DNA of 64,000 nt from the human T2T-CHM13v2.0 reference genome, Homo sapiens. Shown here one piece after another: positions 14,662 through 32,033 of this stretch (the first letter of the stretch is position 1; each line of letters opens with the position of its first letter). Both the position numbers and the translations under genes were made by a program. The notes under the pieces were generated by a model. It searched no databases. It was given only the letters and a program-made list of their open reading frames with translations, and was not told the origin of the DNA. Location of the stretch: NCBI RefSeq assembly GCF_009914755.1, contig NC_060936.1; one strand, 5' to 3'.

Positions 14662-15670
14662 AAAAAGAAGCAATGGGACCAAACCTGTGTATCATAGAAA
14701 TCCTTGAGGGTGAAGCTCATCTCCATTTTTCCTCCAGGATGTAATATTGTTTTTTATTTACTATCTTGGCTGCGGCTGGAAGGGAGTAGTCTCAAGGACT
14801 TCCACTGGGCCTTTCCTACTACAATAGCTGTTACTTCTTAGGTCAAAGAACCAACAATTAAAAGTCATACCAACAATTAAGTATGTCTATTCTAACTGTG
14901 CATTTGGAAACAAGAATGACCAATAGCTAGTCTGTAGAATATCACATGGGTCAATTTCCCAGACAAACTGCAGGAGATGAACCTAGTGTAGGGCTCCATG
15001 TATCATATTAGTTGGCCTTCATGTGCCACCACTCTAACAGGAGCCACGACGGTGCTTTGGCTCTTTGGATATTAGCATCAACCCATACCCTATGTCCAAC
15101 AGTCCTCAACATCCCTGTATTAATTTTCTGTTGCTGCCAAAACAAATTACCACAAACTTGGTGGCTTAGAATGGTACCCACTTATTATCTCACAGTCCTG
15201 TAAATCAGAAGTCTGGTTATAGCATGACCCAATGGGTCCTCTGCTTAGAGTCTCACAAGGCTGAAATCAAGGTGTTGGCCTGGATCCCTTTCTGAAGGCT
15301 CTGGGGATGAATCTGCCACCAAGCTTATTCAGGTTGATGGCTGAATTTGGTTCCTTGTAGTTGCAGGACTGAGGTCTCATTACCTTGCTGGATGTTAGTC
15401 TTCAATCGTAGAAGCTGCTCACATTTTTTTCTCATGCCTTGATGTAGCCCCCTCTAGCAAGGACAGTTTGAGTCCCTCTCAGCTTTGAATCTCTCTGACG
15501 TCCCTTCTGCCTTCTCTCCTGCCTCCATCTGGAGAAAGTACTCTACTTTTCAAGGTTCCTGTGATTAGTTCAAACCCACTTGGATTATCCAGGATCATCT
15601 TTCTATCTTAAAATCTGTAATCTTAATTATAGCTACCATGTCTCTTTTTCTATATGTAATATATTGAGAG

Positions 15671-16373
<703 letters not shown>

Positions 16374-17121
16374 TACAGGATCCAGGGATCAGGGAATGGA
16401 CATCCTTGGCAGTCCATTATTCTGCCTACCACACACCAGTATACAGGACCCTGAATAAGTGGTCATAAATCTTTTGGGAAGAACTAGGGGAACAACTACT
16501 GTACACACTTCCACTAGGCCTTTCCTACTACAATTGCTTACTCCACAGGTCAAAGAATCAACAATCGAGAGTCCATTAAGAGTACACACTGCCATGGTGT
16601 TACAAGGTCCTTTCTCATGGGGACTCTGTCCTCCCCCTTGGTCAATGGGTTCTAAGTTTGAGAACTGGTTCAATTATAGAAACTGGGTAAGGGATCACGG
16701 CTTTCCTTGGGGATACCTGACTTCATCCTTCTGCTCATCCATTCCTGATCTTCTTTGACTATACATATTAAGTAACAGCCTGTTAGCAACTTATCTATCC
16801 TTCCCAGGAATTCCATGCTCCATTAGCCATCTCCATGGATCCCAGAAGATAAGGCTGCCCTGACTGCCATTCTGACTTGCTGCCCGTGACAGTAACAATG
16901 CCCTACTTGCCTGATGGGTAAGTGTTGCCACCTGGCTTCTGCTACTCCACGATCCCATCATTCTCATGGCTACTAGGATACCAGTTCTGTTGCAGCATCT
17001 CTACCAGCACCACCCTCAGAGCACAGCCACTACATAGCTTCCCAGTGATGCTGGTGCCTCCCTCATGGACACATTCCTTACAGCCTTGGTAAAAGGAGTG
17101 CCTACCAGGCCTTCCCAGTGA

Positions 17122-17437
<316 letters not shown>

Positions 17438-18555
17438 TTACCATATATAGTAGATCCACTTGATCATTCCCATTACTCTGAGCTTTTTGATCCTTCAGTT
17501 TGCCATCCCTACTTCACTCAATGTGAGTCATTTTTCCAAGCACCCCAGCAGCATATCAGGACTGGCACCTGAGGCACTTAACAGGATGTTGAATCTTATT
17601 TAACAGGAAGGGAAGAATGCCCCATAATGACTCATTATCTTTTACCCAGCTTTCTATCCTCCTTGATCCAGCACCTTCAGGATCTACCCCGAGGCATGTC
17701 TCCATATTCCAGGTCCTGCAAACCCTTTAGAGTTTATCATCTCTCTTCCTTCAGCAGATCCAGCATTTTCCTGATCAAGCCACGCTGGGACTTAACTCTT
17801 CTTATTGGTCTGATGTCCAGGTGGGGAAGGGAGGGAATATTATAAGTAGAGAAAGCATTGTCTTGTAGGCTAATTTGAGGTTTCTGCATAATTTTCAAGC
17901 AAAGGAAGGCCACTGTCTTCTAACAAAGGGGAGTGGGTTGTTTCTGCAGGCTTGAAGGGTTCAGGAAAATCAGGAGATTTGAGGTCCTCAAGCTCATCTA
18001 CCCAAATACCTTCATCCCAATTCTCAAGCTCTCACTCCCTCCCTATCAGGGTACCGACCTTGGGAAAGCTGACAATTTTGCTTTCTTTGAAGTTCAGTAA
18101 CTTTTACAACAGAGTCCTGTACATGGTCTTCCACTTGGTTTGCCTTCCAGCTACAGAAGATGAGGGTCTCTTTAAAATGTTCCCAAGGAGTCTCCCTGAC
18201 TCTCACATTTGACTTTAAATTATAATGGATAGATGTGAGTTATTGTTTTCCCTGTCCAGTGGATTCAGTGATTCATGAAAACTCATCAACAGCCGCTCAA
18301 TTTTATAACTCTCACAGTTGTTATTTCCCCATGTCGTTTAAAACCCAGAGACACCGAACAAGTTATTGCATTCTCTTGCACCATAGTCCAGACCAGTTCA
18401 TTACAAGTGAAAGTAAATTACAGGTGAACATGCAATTGTCCTGAGACACCATGCCAGGGCCCATCCATATTCCACCTACCACCAGTGATGGGTTCTTCAT
18501 TGCCTTTAAGCCAGTAGGTGCTCCAACTCCACAGTCCCATGTTTAGGATCTGGGT

Positions 18556-18817
18556 TTTGGTTTGGTTTTTGTTTTGTTTTGTTTTGTTTTGTTTTGTTTT
18601 GTTTTGTTTTGTTTGAGGCAGGGTCTTGCTCCATCACCCAGGCAGGAGTGCAGTGCTGCAATCATGGCTCATTGCAGCCTTGACCTTGTGGGCTCAAGTG
18701 ATCCTCCCACCTCATTTTTTAAATTTTTGTAGAGATGAGATTTCATTATGTTTCCCAGACTGGTCTCTAACTCCTGGGCTCAAGCATTTGTCCTGCCTTG
18801 GCCTCCCAAACTGCTAG
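18556..18817 (-). mobile_element. Deleted AluJ-like element with (GTTTT)n tail
   Basis: reverse Alu pieces after (gtttt)n. Confidence 0.85.
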
Positions 18818-19200
18818 GGATCTTAGAAGCAGAACCTGAGCCAGGCATTTGCCCAAGGGATTTGTGAAGAGAGTGCTCACAGGACAAACAGACTCAGGGA
18901 GGCAGCAGAGGGCACTGGGAGGTGGGGCAACTAAACAAAAGATGTGGTCTCAGCTGGAGTCCAGCCTCAGCCTGATCCCACATGGAGCCCTGAAACATAA
19001 GTGGCACTACACATTAGGTCCCACCTTGAGGCAAGGGGACCAGCATTTTGCTCCTCATATCAGTCAGCCATGGGCTGCAGGCTGCCTCTTTGAAAGAGGG
19101 TAGCCTCCTGGGGAGAGGCAGCTCTCATGCAACAAAGGCAATTCAGTGGAACAGGGGTAGCTCTGAGCCATCAGCCACCAACACAGCAGTTGAAGATGGG
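18818..19200 (-). mobile_element. ERVL LTR (LTR16-type), 5' LTR of provirus
   Basis: agaagcagaacctgag...cagcctcagcctgatcccacatggagc; homologous to 7290-7684. Confidence 0.7.
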
Positions 19201-19332
19201 TATATCAGGGGAGGTAATGAAAGGGGTATGCCACAAAAAGAAGTGGGAAGTGGGGATAGATATTTTAAGCAGAAGAATCATACCCTATAAAATTATGCAG
19301 ACTTTTACTATTTAAAAAGTATTTTTCAAAAT

Positions 19333-19465
19333 CAGGCACAGTGGCAAGTGCCTGTAATCCCAGCTACTCAGGAGGCTGAGGCAGGAGGATCACTTCAGCC
19401 TAGGGATTTGAGAACAGCATGTGCAACATAGCGAGACCCGATCTTAAATTTAAAAAAAAAAAAAA
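19333..19465 (+). mobile_element. Free Alu monomer (FLAM-like)
   Basis: single monomer plus A tail. Confidence 0.85.
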
Positions 19466-19499
19466 GTATATTGAAATTCACAAAAATAAAATTCATGGA

Positions 19500-19860
19500 G
19501 TTAGAATAGGCATTATTATGACACACAATAGCACGGATGAATCTCAAAATAACTATGATTGGTAAAAGAAGGCAAACCAAAAAAGCACATACTGTATCAT
19601 TCCATTTACATACAATTCTATAGAATGAAAACTTGTCAATAGTGGCAAAAAGCAAATCTGTGTTTCCTTGGGAGGAGGTGGGACAGCGGGGTGCAGGAGA
19701 GATGACAAGAGGGTTCAAGGACACCTCTTCAGTGATGGATGGGCTCACTATCCCGAGTGTGCTGGTGGCTTCAGAGGTATACACATGTGTCAAAATTCAT
19801 GAATCATATACTTTAAATATGGGCAATAAAACCTATGTCAATTATGCCCCCAATAAAGCT
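19500..19860 (+). mobile_element. L1ME-type 3' end
   Basis: ggatgaatctcaaaa...catactgtatcattccatttacat...caataaagct. Confidence 0.7.
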
Positions 19861-20134
19861 GGAAAAGGGGTTTAAAGAAAGGGCGCTTTGTGCAAGGACT
19901 GCCTTGAGACTTGGAAAAAAAAGTTGTAAAAGAGCCAGAGCAGGCACCACAACTGTACATAGAGATAGGGAAACCGAGGCTCAGAATATGTAATTGACCT
20001 CAGGTTACACAGCTGGGAAAAGGCACAGCCAGCACTCTAATCCAGGCCCCTTGGCTCCAAGTTCAGTGCTCTTACCAGATGCCAGAATTAAACAACATGG
20101 TTAGCTGGGACCCTCCCTCCTCCTGGTCATGGCC

Positions 20135-20520
20135 AGTGGTTGCAAATAACAAAATCAGTGTAAGTCAAAGAGGAATTGACTGGCTCAAGTGAACCTATTG
20201 TAGCAAGGGCAGGGGTAGAGCTGGCTTCAGGGATGTCCAGCACCAGGGAGTAGCAACTGAGCATTGGTCAGCTGCTACTCCTCTCTCTCTCCACCTTTCA
20301 TCTTTGACTCTCTCTGCACATCGGCTGCATTCTTTCAGACTGGCTTTTTCCATGAGGCTCACAGCATGGCCACTGGCAGCTCCTGAGTGCACAGCCCCTC
20401 AACTCTGTGATCATAGAGGCTAGACTCTTTTAGGCCTCCGTAGATCCCCCAATTGCAAGGGAAGAGCTCTGATTAGCTAGCTTGAATCACATGCCCACTT
20501 CCAGCCAGTCACTGGTGAGG
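20135..20520 (-). mobile_element. Old MLT1 (J/K-like) LTR fragment
   Basis: ggttgcaaataac...ctctgattagctagcttgaatcacatgcccac. Confidence 0.55.
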
Positions 20521-21064
20521 ATGGAAGAATATGGCTGCCCTCTTGTCAACTCCATATTAGTTGGTGGAGTCAGGGGTGCAGACACCACGTGCAAAGAACC
20601 ACACAAAGCTAACATACCCAGATAAGGCTGTATCCCACCTGGTCACAGAACCACTGAACTGTCTGCTCTAGTGATATCTCACTAGGTAGAGGGTCCCAGG
20701 ACCTTGTGGAAGGTGGAAGAGAAAGCACTCAGAATACAGGCACTGGAAGGCTCTAAGACAAGCTTGCTCAATGCTAGACTTTTGCCTGAACAGCCATCCT
20801 TCAGCACTAGGTCAGTTTGGGTCCTCTGAGAAGCACATGCCAAGAAAGGATTTCATTGATTGAAGGAAACATCCATCAAGGGAAAGGGGAGAGGAGGCAG
20901 GTACAGGCAGGAGAGTCTTCGAACCAAACCAAACTCTGGGTCTAACGTCTGTGAAAGCAGAGAGGGGAGCAAGGATTGGACTGGTAGAGAATTGGACTCG
21001 GAGAGTTCTGAGACAGTCTCAGCCAGAGAAAAATGGGGAGTTCCCAAGCAAAGGTTGCCCATCA

Positions 21065-21854
<790 letters not shown>

Positions 21855-22382
21855 GAGGGGTCCCATGTTGGGCAGGACTGGCCGACCTCTATTACCCCGA
21901 AGTGCTGAGTCTTTGGCCGAGAGCATTTGGGAGAAGCACAGCTAGACCTGAACATTTGGGAGAAGCACAGCCAGACCTGGAGCCACCGATGCAGCAGCAA
22001 AAGGCAGTCAGTTGGCTGCCTTTGAGGGGGATCTGAGCGGCACACCTTTGGGGCCACCAAGAACCCAGCACCTACTATGCATCGACTATGTCTAGCACAC
22101 AGTAGACACTCAGAAACTATTGTTAGATGTTGGCTGCAGAATGGATGAATGTTCTGTTTGGGTTCTCAAGGTAAAATCAGTGGATGAGAAGTACAGGGAC
22201 ATGGATTTCAACTTGGCATAATAATCATAGCCAACATTAGACAGAAACTACTATGTGCTATGCACACGTACCAAGACACATGTATCTATGTATATGTTGA
22301 TGTATGTGTATGTGTGTATACAAACACATGTAGGTATATATGCACACAAACACACAGTCAAATAAGCTTAGACTTCATTTAA

Positions 22383-22806
<424 letters not shown>

Positions 22807-23609
22807 ACATTATTCTTATTTTATAAAGAAACAAAGCAATTATTTTATAAATAAATAAGACTCGAGGTCACACAGCTAGGTCAACCCAGTTCCGCCTCCA
22901 AAGCCCTGCTCCTAATCACGACTTCGTCCTGCCTCCCATGCACATGCGATGATTCTGTTCCAGGACTCCACAGGCCATAAGCCCACAGATACACCAAAAG
23001 GCATTGTGATTTTTTTTTTCCTTTTGCTGCCTGTGGTGTCTGAGATGGAAAGTATGCCAGCCCCTGCTTGGAGCAACCGCAGAAGCTCCAGAAGAATGCC
23101 CCCACCTTGCTCCTCTCAGGTTCTCTGTCTCAGACGTGGCGCCATCATTGACACTGTCCTCCCAAGCTAGTGTGTTCTGACAACTTGCTGGTAATGGGAC
23201 GCCAGCGGCAAATTATTAGCCTCCTCCATCCCCACCGCACGCAGCCAGGCTTGGCTTGTTGCTGCCGAATGCCCGATACATGTCAGCTCTGTTTGGAAAT
23301 TGGATCCAGTCTGGAAATTCACTCGATCACAGTGGGGATCTGAAGGGAACAGTTGAAACTCCCACCTGGATTCCTGCAACTGTCCTTCCTTGGGGCTTTG
23401 AAGGGGTCCCAGGCACAGTGAGGTGGGTTTCAGGCTTGAGAGGCTTCGCCCTGGAGGGAGGGCTGAAGGTCAGAGAAGGCAGAACTGAAGGAAGGAAGGT
23501 AGCTGGCATCCTGGGCCAGCCTCACCTGCACCACTGCTTGCCGTGTGACCTTGGGCAAGTCATTCACCTGCCCTGGGCAATGTAGTGTGGACCAGATGCT
23601 CAGACTGGT

Positions 23610-23820
23610 GTCAGACAAACACAGGAGGGAATTCAAGCTTGAACACCACCAGATGGATGACCTTGGGCAAGTTCTTTAACCTTTATAAGTCTCAGGTTAT
23701 TCATCCATGAAATGGATATAAATAATAGCCCTTATTCATAGGGTGACTTTGAGCGTACTACGAGAAGGCATGCAATATGTTTGGCACAGTGCCCAGCACG
23801 TAGGAAGTGCTCCATCAATA
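23610..23820 (+). mobile_element. MIR
   Basis: gaccttgggcaagttctttaacc...ggcacagtgcccagcacgtagg. Confidence 0.75.
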
Positions 23821-23843
23821 CAGCTGTTCTTAGTGAGATGAAA

Positions 23844-24110
23844 TGGCTCACGCCTGTAATCTCAGCTGAGACAGGAGTATCGCTTGAGCCCAGGAGTTCA
23901 AGACCAGCCTGGCCAACATAGGGAAACTCTGTCTCTACAAAAAAAAAATTAAAAATTAGCCGGGTGTGGTGATGTACATATGTAGTCCCAACTACTCAGG
24001 AGGCTGAGGTGGGAGGATCTCTTGAGCCCCGGAGGCTGAGGCTACAGTGAGCCATGACTGCACCATTGCACTCCAGCCTGAGCAACAAAGCAGGACTGTC
24101 TCTAATAATA
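23844..24110 (+). mobile_element. Alu (AluJ-like)
   Basis: dimer with 5' deletion. Confidence 0.9.
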
Positions 24111-24549
24111 AACAAAAAGTTAAAAGTTAAAAAATACAACTATTCTTACCTGCATCACCATCACTAACTGTACTGGCATACATCTAATCCACCTGGCACA
24201 CCCACTCCAGCGAATCACTCACATGGAGCATGAAATTTGGAACCGGGATCTAGTCAAGTGTGGCCTCCACCACAGTCTGATATGAAATGATTCATTTATT
24301 CATTCACCTCCACTTATTGAGTGAATGCAATCAGTTGTCACATATCTAGAATAATATGTGACACCACCACTTATTGAAGGCTTAATAAAGAGAAGACAAA
24401 TAAAGATAACTATGACCCATCATCTGCCCTTGAGAAGTTCTCAACTCTCAGTTTTCCCATCTGTGAAATGGGCACAGAGATTCTGCATTGCCTACAGGCT
24501 TGTTGTGCAGATCTAATAGGATAACTAGCATTCCACACACATTACACAT

Positions 24550-24720
24550 TTAATCCTTCTGGCAACGCCATAGTGTAGGTATAACTTTCCTCCCCATTTT
24601 ATACATAAGAAATCTGAGCCTAAGAGAGGTAAAGTGGATTTTCAAAGGTTGAACAGCTGGAAACAGGAGGAGTGGGAGTGAAACCCAGGCATTCTGGCTC
24701 CAGAGCCCATGCTTTTGGAC
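24550..24720 (-). mobile_element. MIR
   Basis: ccccattttatacataagaaatctgagcc...aaacccaggcattctggctccagagcc. Confidence 0.7.
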
Positions 24721-24864
24721 ACTCCAAGCTGAAATGAACCATAAACAGAGGCCAACATTTTCTTTTCTGGAATTTCTCAGCATCCTTCCAGCCTAGCCTG
24801 CCTATTTTGGTCAAGTCAGCAGACAAAAAGACTCTGGTGGGTGCTTGCTCCCAAAAGTCTCTGA

Positions 24865-25311
<447 letters not shown>

Positions 25312-25729
25312 TAAAGGGCCTAGTACACAGATGTCTACTCCCCAGTCACAGGTGACTATCTCAGCCCCCAGGTGGGATGGCACATCCCTGTGCTGGCCCA
25401 GGCCACTGCTAAATCTCCAGAACAAAGCACAAGGCTTGGCTCCTAGGAGGTACCAGACAAATAATTGTTAAATGCATACATAAACATCCAACTAGTAGAA
25501 GTATTGGTACTGCTAATTACATTGCATATGTATCTATCATGTGCTGGAAGTTTTGCATACAATATGTCATCTAATGATTTTTCCTCTTACAGATGAGGAA
25601 TTTGAGGAGCACAATTGTTCTTCATCTTTCCCCCGTGTACAAGATTGGAAGCAAGAAGAGGAATCAGTAACCGAGGAAATACTATTACAACACCAGCAGC
25701 ACCTATCAATTCTCAGGCATCTCCTACAT

Positions 25730-25920
25730 GCCAGGCCCTCCACTCCTCATTTTAGGCTCATTATCTCCAATTCACACTATAACCCACAGAACACATATTC
25801 TTATCCCCATTTTACAAATGAGGAAACTGAGACTCATGGGATTTAAATAACTTGCTTCCTTGTAGCAGGGTCAGGATTCAAACCTAGGTCAGCCCAAGTC
25901 CAAAGTCTGTGTGCTGAACC
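25730..25920 (-). mobile_element. MIR
   Basis: ccccattttacaaatgaggaaactgagactc. Confidence 0.75.
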
Positions 25921-26393
25921 ATGAGGCCAACAGGAACGGGAAGTGCAAAGGAACATTGCTATGATCAGCTTGTGCAGGGTACGTACTTATGTCACGTTGA
26001 GGTGATCAGTTCCCAGTATCTCCAGAAAGAGAGCCCAGCTCCCACCCTAAAGCTGTGCTGCATCTGCCCTTCCCTTGGTCCCGGACTCCCCCAGCCAAGG
26101 CTTTGGTGTTGAGTCTCCATCCTACAGGGACTTCAGGAATGGGCAGGCAGGAGCTCTGTAAGGCAGGAGGAAGCTGATAATCCTCTCTGGAAACCTAAAT
26201 CTTACCCGAGGGAGAAAAATAAATAGTCTCTAACAAAGAAGTGGGAAAGAAAGACAAAGGCACAATGGTCCTTGACAACTGGGTCGGAGAATGCATTGTT
26301 GCCAGGGCAACAGCAGAGGAGGTAGGGTATCAAACAGTGGAAATCACTGTCTATATCACCTGTGTTGAGAATCGCTGCTCTAAAGTGTAATGG

Positions 26394-26840
26394 TGTATTA
26401 ATCGGGGTTCTCTAGAGGGACAGAAGTAATTTTATATATATATATATATGGGACTTTATTAAGTAGTATTAACTCACATGAACACAAGATCCCACAATAG
26501 GCCATCGGCAAGCTGGGGAGCAAGGAGAGTCAGTCCAACTCCCAAAGCTGAAGAACTTGGAGTCCAATGTTCAAGGGCAGGAAGCATCCAGCACAGGAGA
26601 AGGATGTAGGCTGGGAGGCTAAGCCGGTCTAGCCTCTTCACATTTTTCCGCCTGGTTTATATCCTGGCTGTGCTGGCAGCTGATTAGATGGTACCCACCC
26701 AGATTAAGTGTGGGTCTGCCTTTCCCAGCCCACTGACTCAAATGTTAATCTCCTTTGGCAACACCCTCACAGACACACCCAGGATCAATACTTTGCATCC
26801 TTCAATCCAATCAAGTTGACACTCAATATTAACCATCACA
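26394..26840 (-). mobile_element. HERV-L solo LTR (MLT2A1/A2-like)
   Basis: tgtattaatcggggttctctagagggacagaa...aatattaaccatcaca; perfect 5 bp TSD aatgg. Confidence 0.9.
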
Positions 26841-26954
26841 AATGGAGAGAAGCATGCACTTCGTGTCTTTATCAAAATGGAAAGATGGTCACAATATTTT
26901 AAGTGACTATCATAGATTGAAAAATGTTAGAGACAGTTTATTAGCACTCCTGGA

Positions 26955-27780
<826 letters not shown>

Positions 27781-28592
27781 TTTTTTTTTTTCCTGCCACT
27801 TGCCACAAGACCCTTGGCTGCATGTAACAGAAACCCTTTCCATCTAGTTGATTTGGAAAAGGGAGGTTTGCCATAAGGATACTTTGAGAACTCGAGGGTA
27901 AGATGTGACTTTGGTGTAGGAATCAACTCCAAAATTCTCTCTCATTGCCCTCCTTCTACTCCTTCACTGCAGACCTCTCATCTCAGCTCCTAAGACTATT
28001 CTATAATACAGTGTGGCTCATTCCAGACTCTCGCCTGCTTCACTTCAGGCATCGACAAGACTGAGGCTGGAAGCTCTTGGTCTCTATCTCAAGTCCCTAG
28101 TTAAAGGACTGTTGAATCAGTGTGGGCTGGGAGCCTGTGCCTGACTTAACCCTAGCCAGGACTGGGTGGTGGTGCCCACGCATGGCTCCCAGGAGTCTGC
28201 CAGGGAGGCAGAGATGGGAACATGGCCAACTCCTAAGGTGGGGAGGGGAGTGCTCGGTAGATGAAATGTATTCACCGTAAATTCTAGAAGGATTACATAC
28301 CAAAATTTGTAAATGCTTACCTATGTGTGGTTAGATTTTAATATTCTTTTTCTTTATGCTTATCTGTGTTTTCTAACTTCCCTACCATATACATGCAAGA
28401 AGAATCAGTAAGACCTGGGCCTTGTCAATTACCAGCTGTGTGACTTCACCTTTCTGAACCTCCATTTCCTCATCTCTAAAAATGAGCGTCACCCTCTCTA
28501 TTTCATCAAGTTTCATGAAGAACTCAAGAGAATAAAGCAGGTCACTGGCTTGATGCACTGTAAATTGGCAGGTGTCAGGGGAATCTATGTGG

Positions 28593-28906
28593 TTTTTCTT
28601 TTTTCTATTTTTTTTTTTTTTTTTGAGACAGGGTCGTACTCTGTCACCCAGAATGGAGTGCAGTGGCACGATCTCAGCTCATGGTAACATCCGCCTCCCA
28701 GGCTCAAGCGATTCTCCTGCCTCAGCCTCCCGAGTAGCTGAGATTACAGCACGTGCCACTACCACCCAGCTAATTTCTGTATTTTTAGTAGAAATGGGGT
28801 TTCACCATGTTGGCCAGGCTAGTCTCAAACTCTTGACCTCAAGTGATCCACCCGCCTCAGCCTCCCAAAGAGCTGGGATTACAGGAGTGAACCACTGTGC
28901 CTGGCT
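28593..28906 (-). mobile_element. Alu (AluS)
   Basis: reverse full dimer. Confidence 0.95.
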
Positions 28907-28910
28907 GCAG

Positions 28911-29525
<615 letters not shown>

Positions 29526-29609
29526 TCTGGCCTGTGTTTTTTTTATCTCCCCTACTCAAATGTTAGGTCATAGCAGCTGGGCACCAATCTGTGTATCCCC
29601 CATAGTGCT

Positions 29610-30013
29610 TGTGCTGGGTTGAATAGGGTCTCCGCCAAATTCATGTCCACCAAGAACATATAAATGTGACCTTATTTCAAAACAGGGTGTTTGCCAATGT
29701 TACCAAGTTAAGATGAGGTCATACTGGATTAGAGTAGGCCCTAAATCCAGTGGCTAGTGTTCCTATAAGGAGAGGGAGATTCAAAGACACAGACATACAG
29801 GGAAATGGCCATGTGAAGACAGAGGCAGAAATTGGAGTTACACTGCTTTAGGGCAAGGAAGACCTTGGGCACCAGAAGTTGGAAGAGACAAGAAAGGATC
29901 CTTCTCTGGGTTTGTTCTTCCAACCTCTAGAGCTGTGAGAGAAAAAAATCTCTGCTGCTTTAAAGCACCTAGTTTATAGTCATTTGTTAAGACAATCCTA
30001 GAAAACGAACACA
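29610..30013 (+). mobile_element. MaLR solo LTR (MLT1A/B-like)
   Basis: tgtgctgggttgaatagg...gaaaacgaacaca; TSD gtgct. Confidence 0.85.
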
Positions 30014-31429
30014 GTGCTTAACATAGTACCTTGTACATGATCCATTCTCAACAAATGTTTGGTGGGTGGGTGAGTGAGTGAGTGAGTGAGTGAATAAGTG
30101 AATTGGGAATGGAGTCTAACTGGGCTTAGCTAAATAGCTGTGCCAGTCTCTCTCAGCAATCACAGCTAATGTTCAATGATCTCTCCTAATCATTCATTAC
30201 TGTAATTCACTCATTCATTCATTCACTCATAATTTCTCATTCATATTTATTAAGTTTCTGCTTTGGGCCAGATACTAAACACTGGGTGGTAATCCCATTT
30301 TAACTACAGCAAGAATTTGAGAACTGGTCTCTTTAGCCAGGCCCCAGCTCCCCATGCACCTGGGTTTTGATCGATGGCTCCCCAGAAGCCACCCAACCAT
30401 GCTCACACAATAAAAGGAGAGAAGAAAATTTAATAAGATTCCAAATTGCCTTCCCTTGAATTCAAATTGCTTCATATATTATGTTCATGATAACTACTGT
30501 AGTTCCTATTTTTTCTCAAGCCCCTTCTTTGTTTCTAATACAAGACAAGTTCTTGTGTTAATGAATTCTAGATTTTCATTTAATAAATGTTGCGTGGGAA
30601 GCTTCATTATTTGCAACTTCATCAATCTACCGCAGACACACAAATGCCCCTTTCTAAGTACCTGGGATCAATAGAGCATGATTCTCACGTATGGGGACCC
30701 TGCACGCTGCCACCAAGAAGAATTCAGTAATTGAAAAGACCTTATAAATCAATACAGCCAAATTGAAAACTCCAAGAGAACTTCGCATCATTCACTCAGG
30801 TGCTTGTTAAGATTTCTCTTTACTTTGAGGGGAAAAAAACAACACTGGGAAAAAGGTTGAAGAGGAGGAGAAAGAAAACAGATATTTCTATTTAATCCTA
30901 ATCACTCAGCAAAGATGGTGGAACTTCTACTTAGCATGCAGATTCAATTTCACTTTGATTACTTGTCCTGATTAATTTTTTTTGTCTTTGCCTTTATTTA
31001 AACATAAAATCTCTCCACAGAAGACCACCTAGTGATGGTTTCTACCTCTTTTCCAGGGAGGCATTGAGAGACAGAATTCCAATGCTCACCATTAAGCCTG
31101 CCATATAACAGGGACTCAATAAACAGGGATTTTGATGGAGTTGTATTAAACTAAATGGCTGTTATTCTAGAATCTTTGAAGAATGGCAATAAAGTACAGA
31201 ACCCCTTCCTCTCTGTACCCCCTACATATTTTTGTTGCCTGACAATTCTCTGCCATGGCTACGAGAGTTGAAGAAAATTTTTGTTGAGTTTCCATGATGC
31301 TGTTTGGGTTTGTTCCCCGCCGCCAACCCCCACCCCCTTATTTGCTTCCTGATTACAGTAATAAAATCAGCTTCAGAAATTTCACAGCCTGGGCAACATA
31401 GTGAGACCCCGTCTCTACAAAAAGGGCCG

Positions 31430-31860
31430 TTGCAACATGTCCCCTCCCTCCATCCCTGCTGGCTCACTGCCCAGCAGCCACAGCAGCCTTCTTTCTGGTT
31501 CTCAGGCAGCAACTTCCTCCCTCTGAGCCTTTGCATGTGCTGTTCTCTCTGCCTCGAATGCTCTTCCTCCCACCCTTTGACTTACTGAGTCCGACTTATC
31601 CTTTGGGTCTCTGCCTCATTGTCCCCTCCTTGAAAAACCCTCCCCTGACCTCACAGAGCTAAGTTCAGTGAGTTTATTATGTATTCTAGAAGATCCCTGT
31701 ATATATTTTTTAAATTATAACACTTACCACAAGTATAATTAAGAAATTTTTGTGTAACTGCTTGTTTAAATTTTTTCTGTCTAGCTAGACTGTAAGCACC
31801 ATGAGGTAGGGCCCCTTCTCTCACGTCCAGCACCCAAAGAGTTTAAGACTCACAATAAAT
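31430..31860 (+). mobile_element. L2 3' fragment
   Basis: gagcctttgcatgtgctgttctctctgcc...actgtaagcaccatgaggtaggg. Confidence 0.7.
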
Positions 31861-32033
31861 ATGACTTAAAGACATAACTAAACTTGTTCTTGGCAAATTG
31901 AAAGAATGGTGATTATTTAAATACATTTGTTATATGCTGTCAAATGAAAAAGCAGTGTATATGGATGCACAGAAAAAGGCTGGAATACTATACAGCAAAA
32001 GGATAAAAAAAGATCTTATTTAGGATTATGAGT

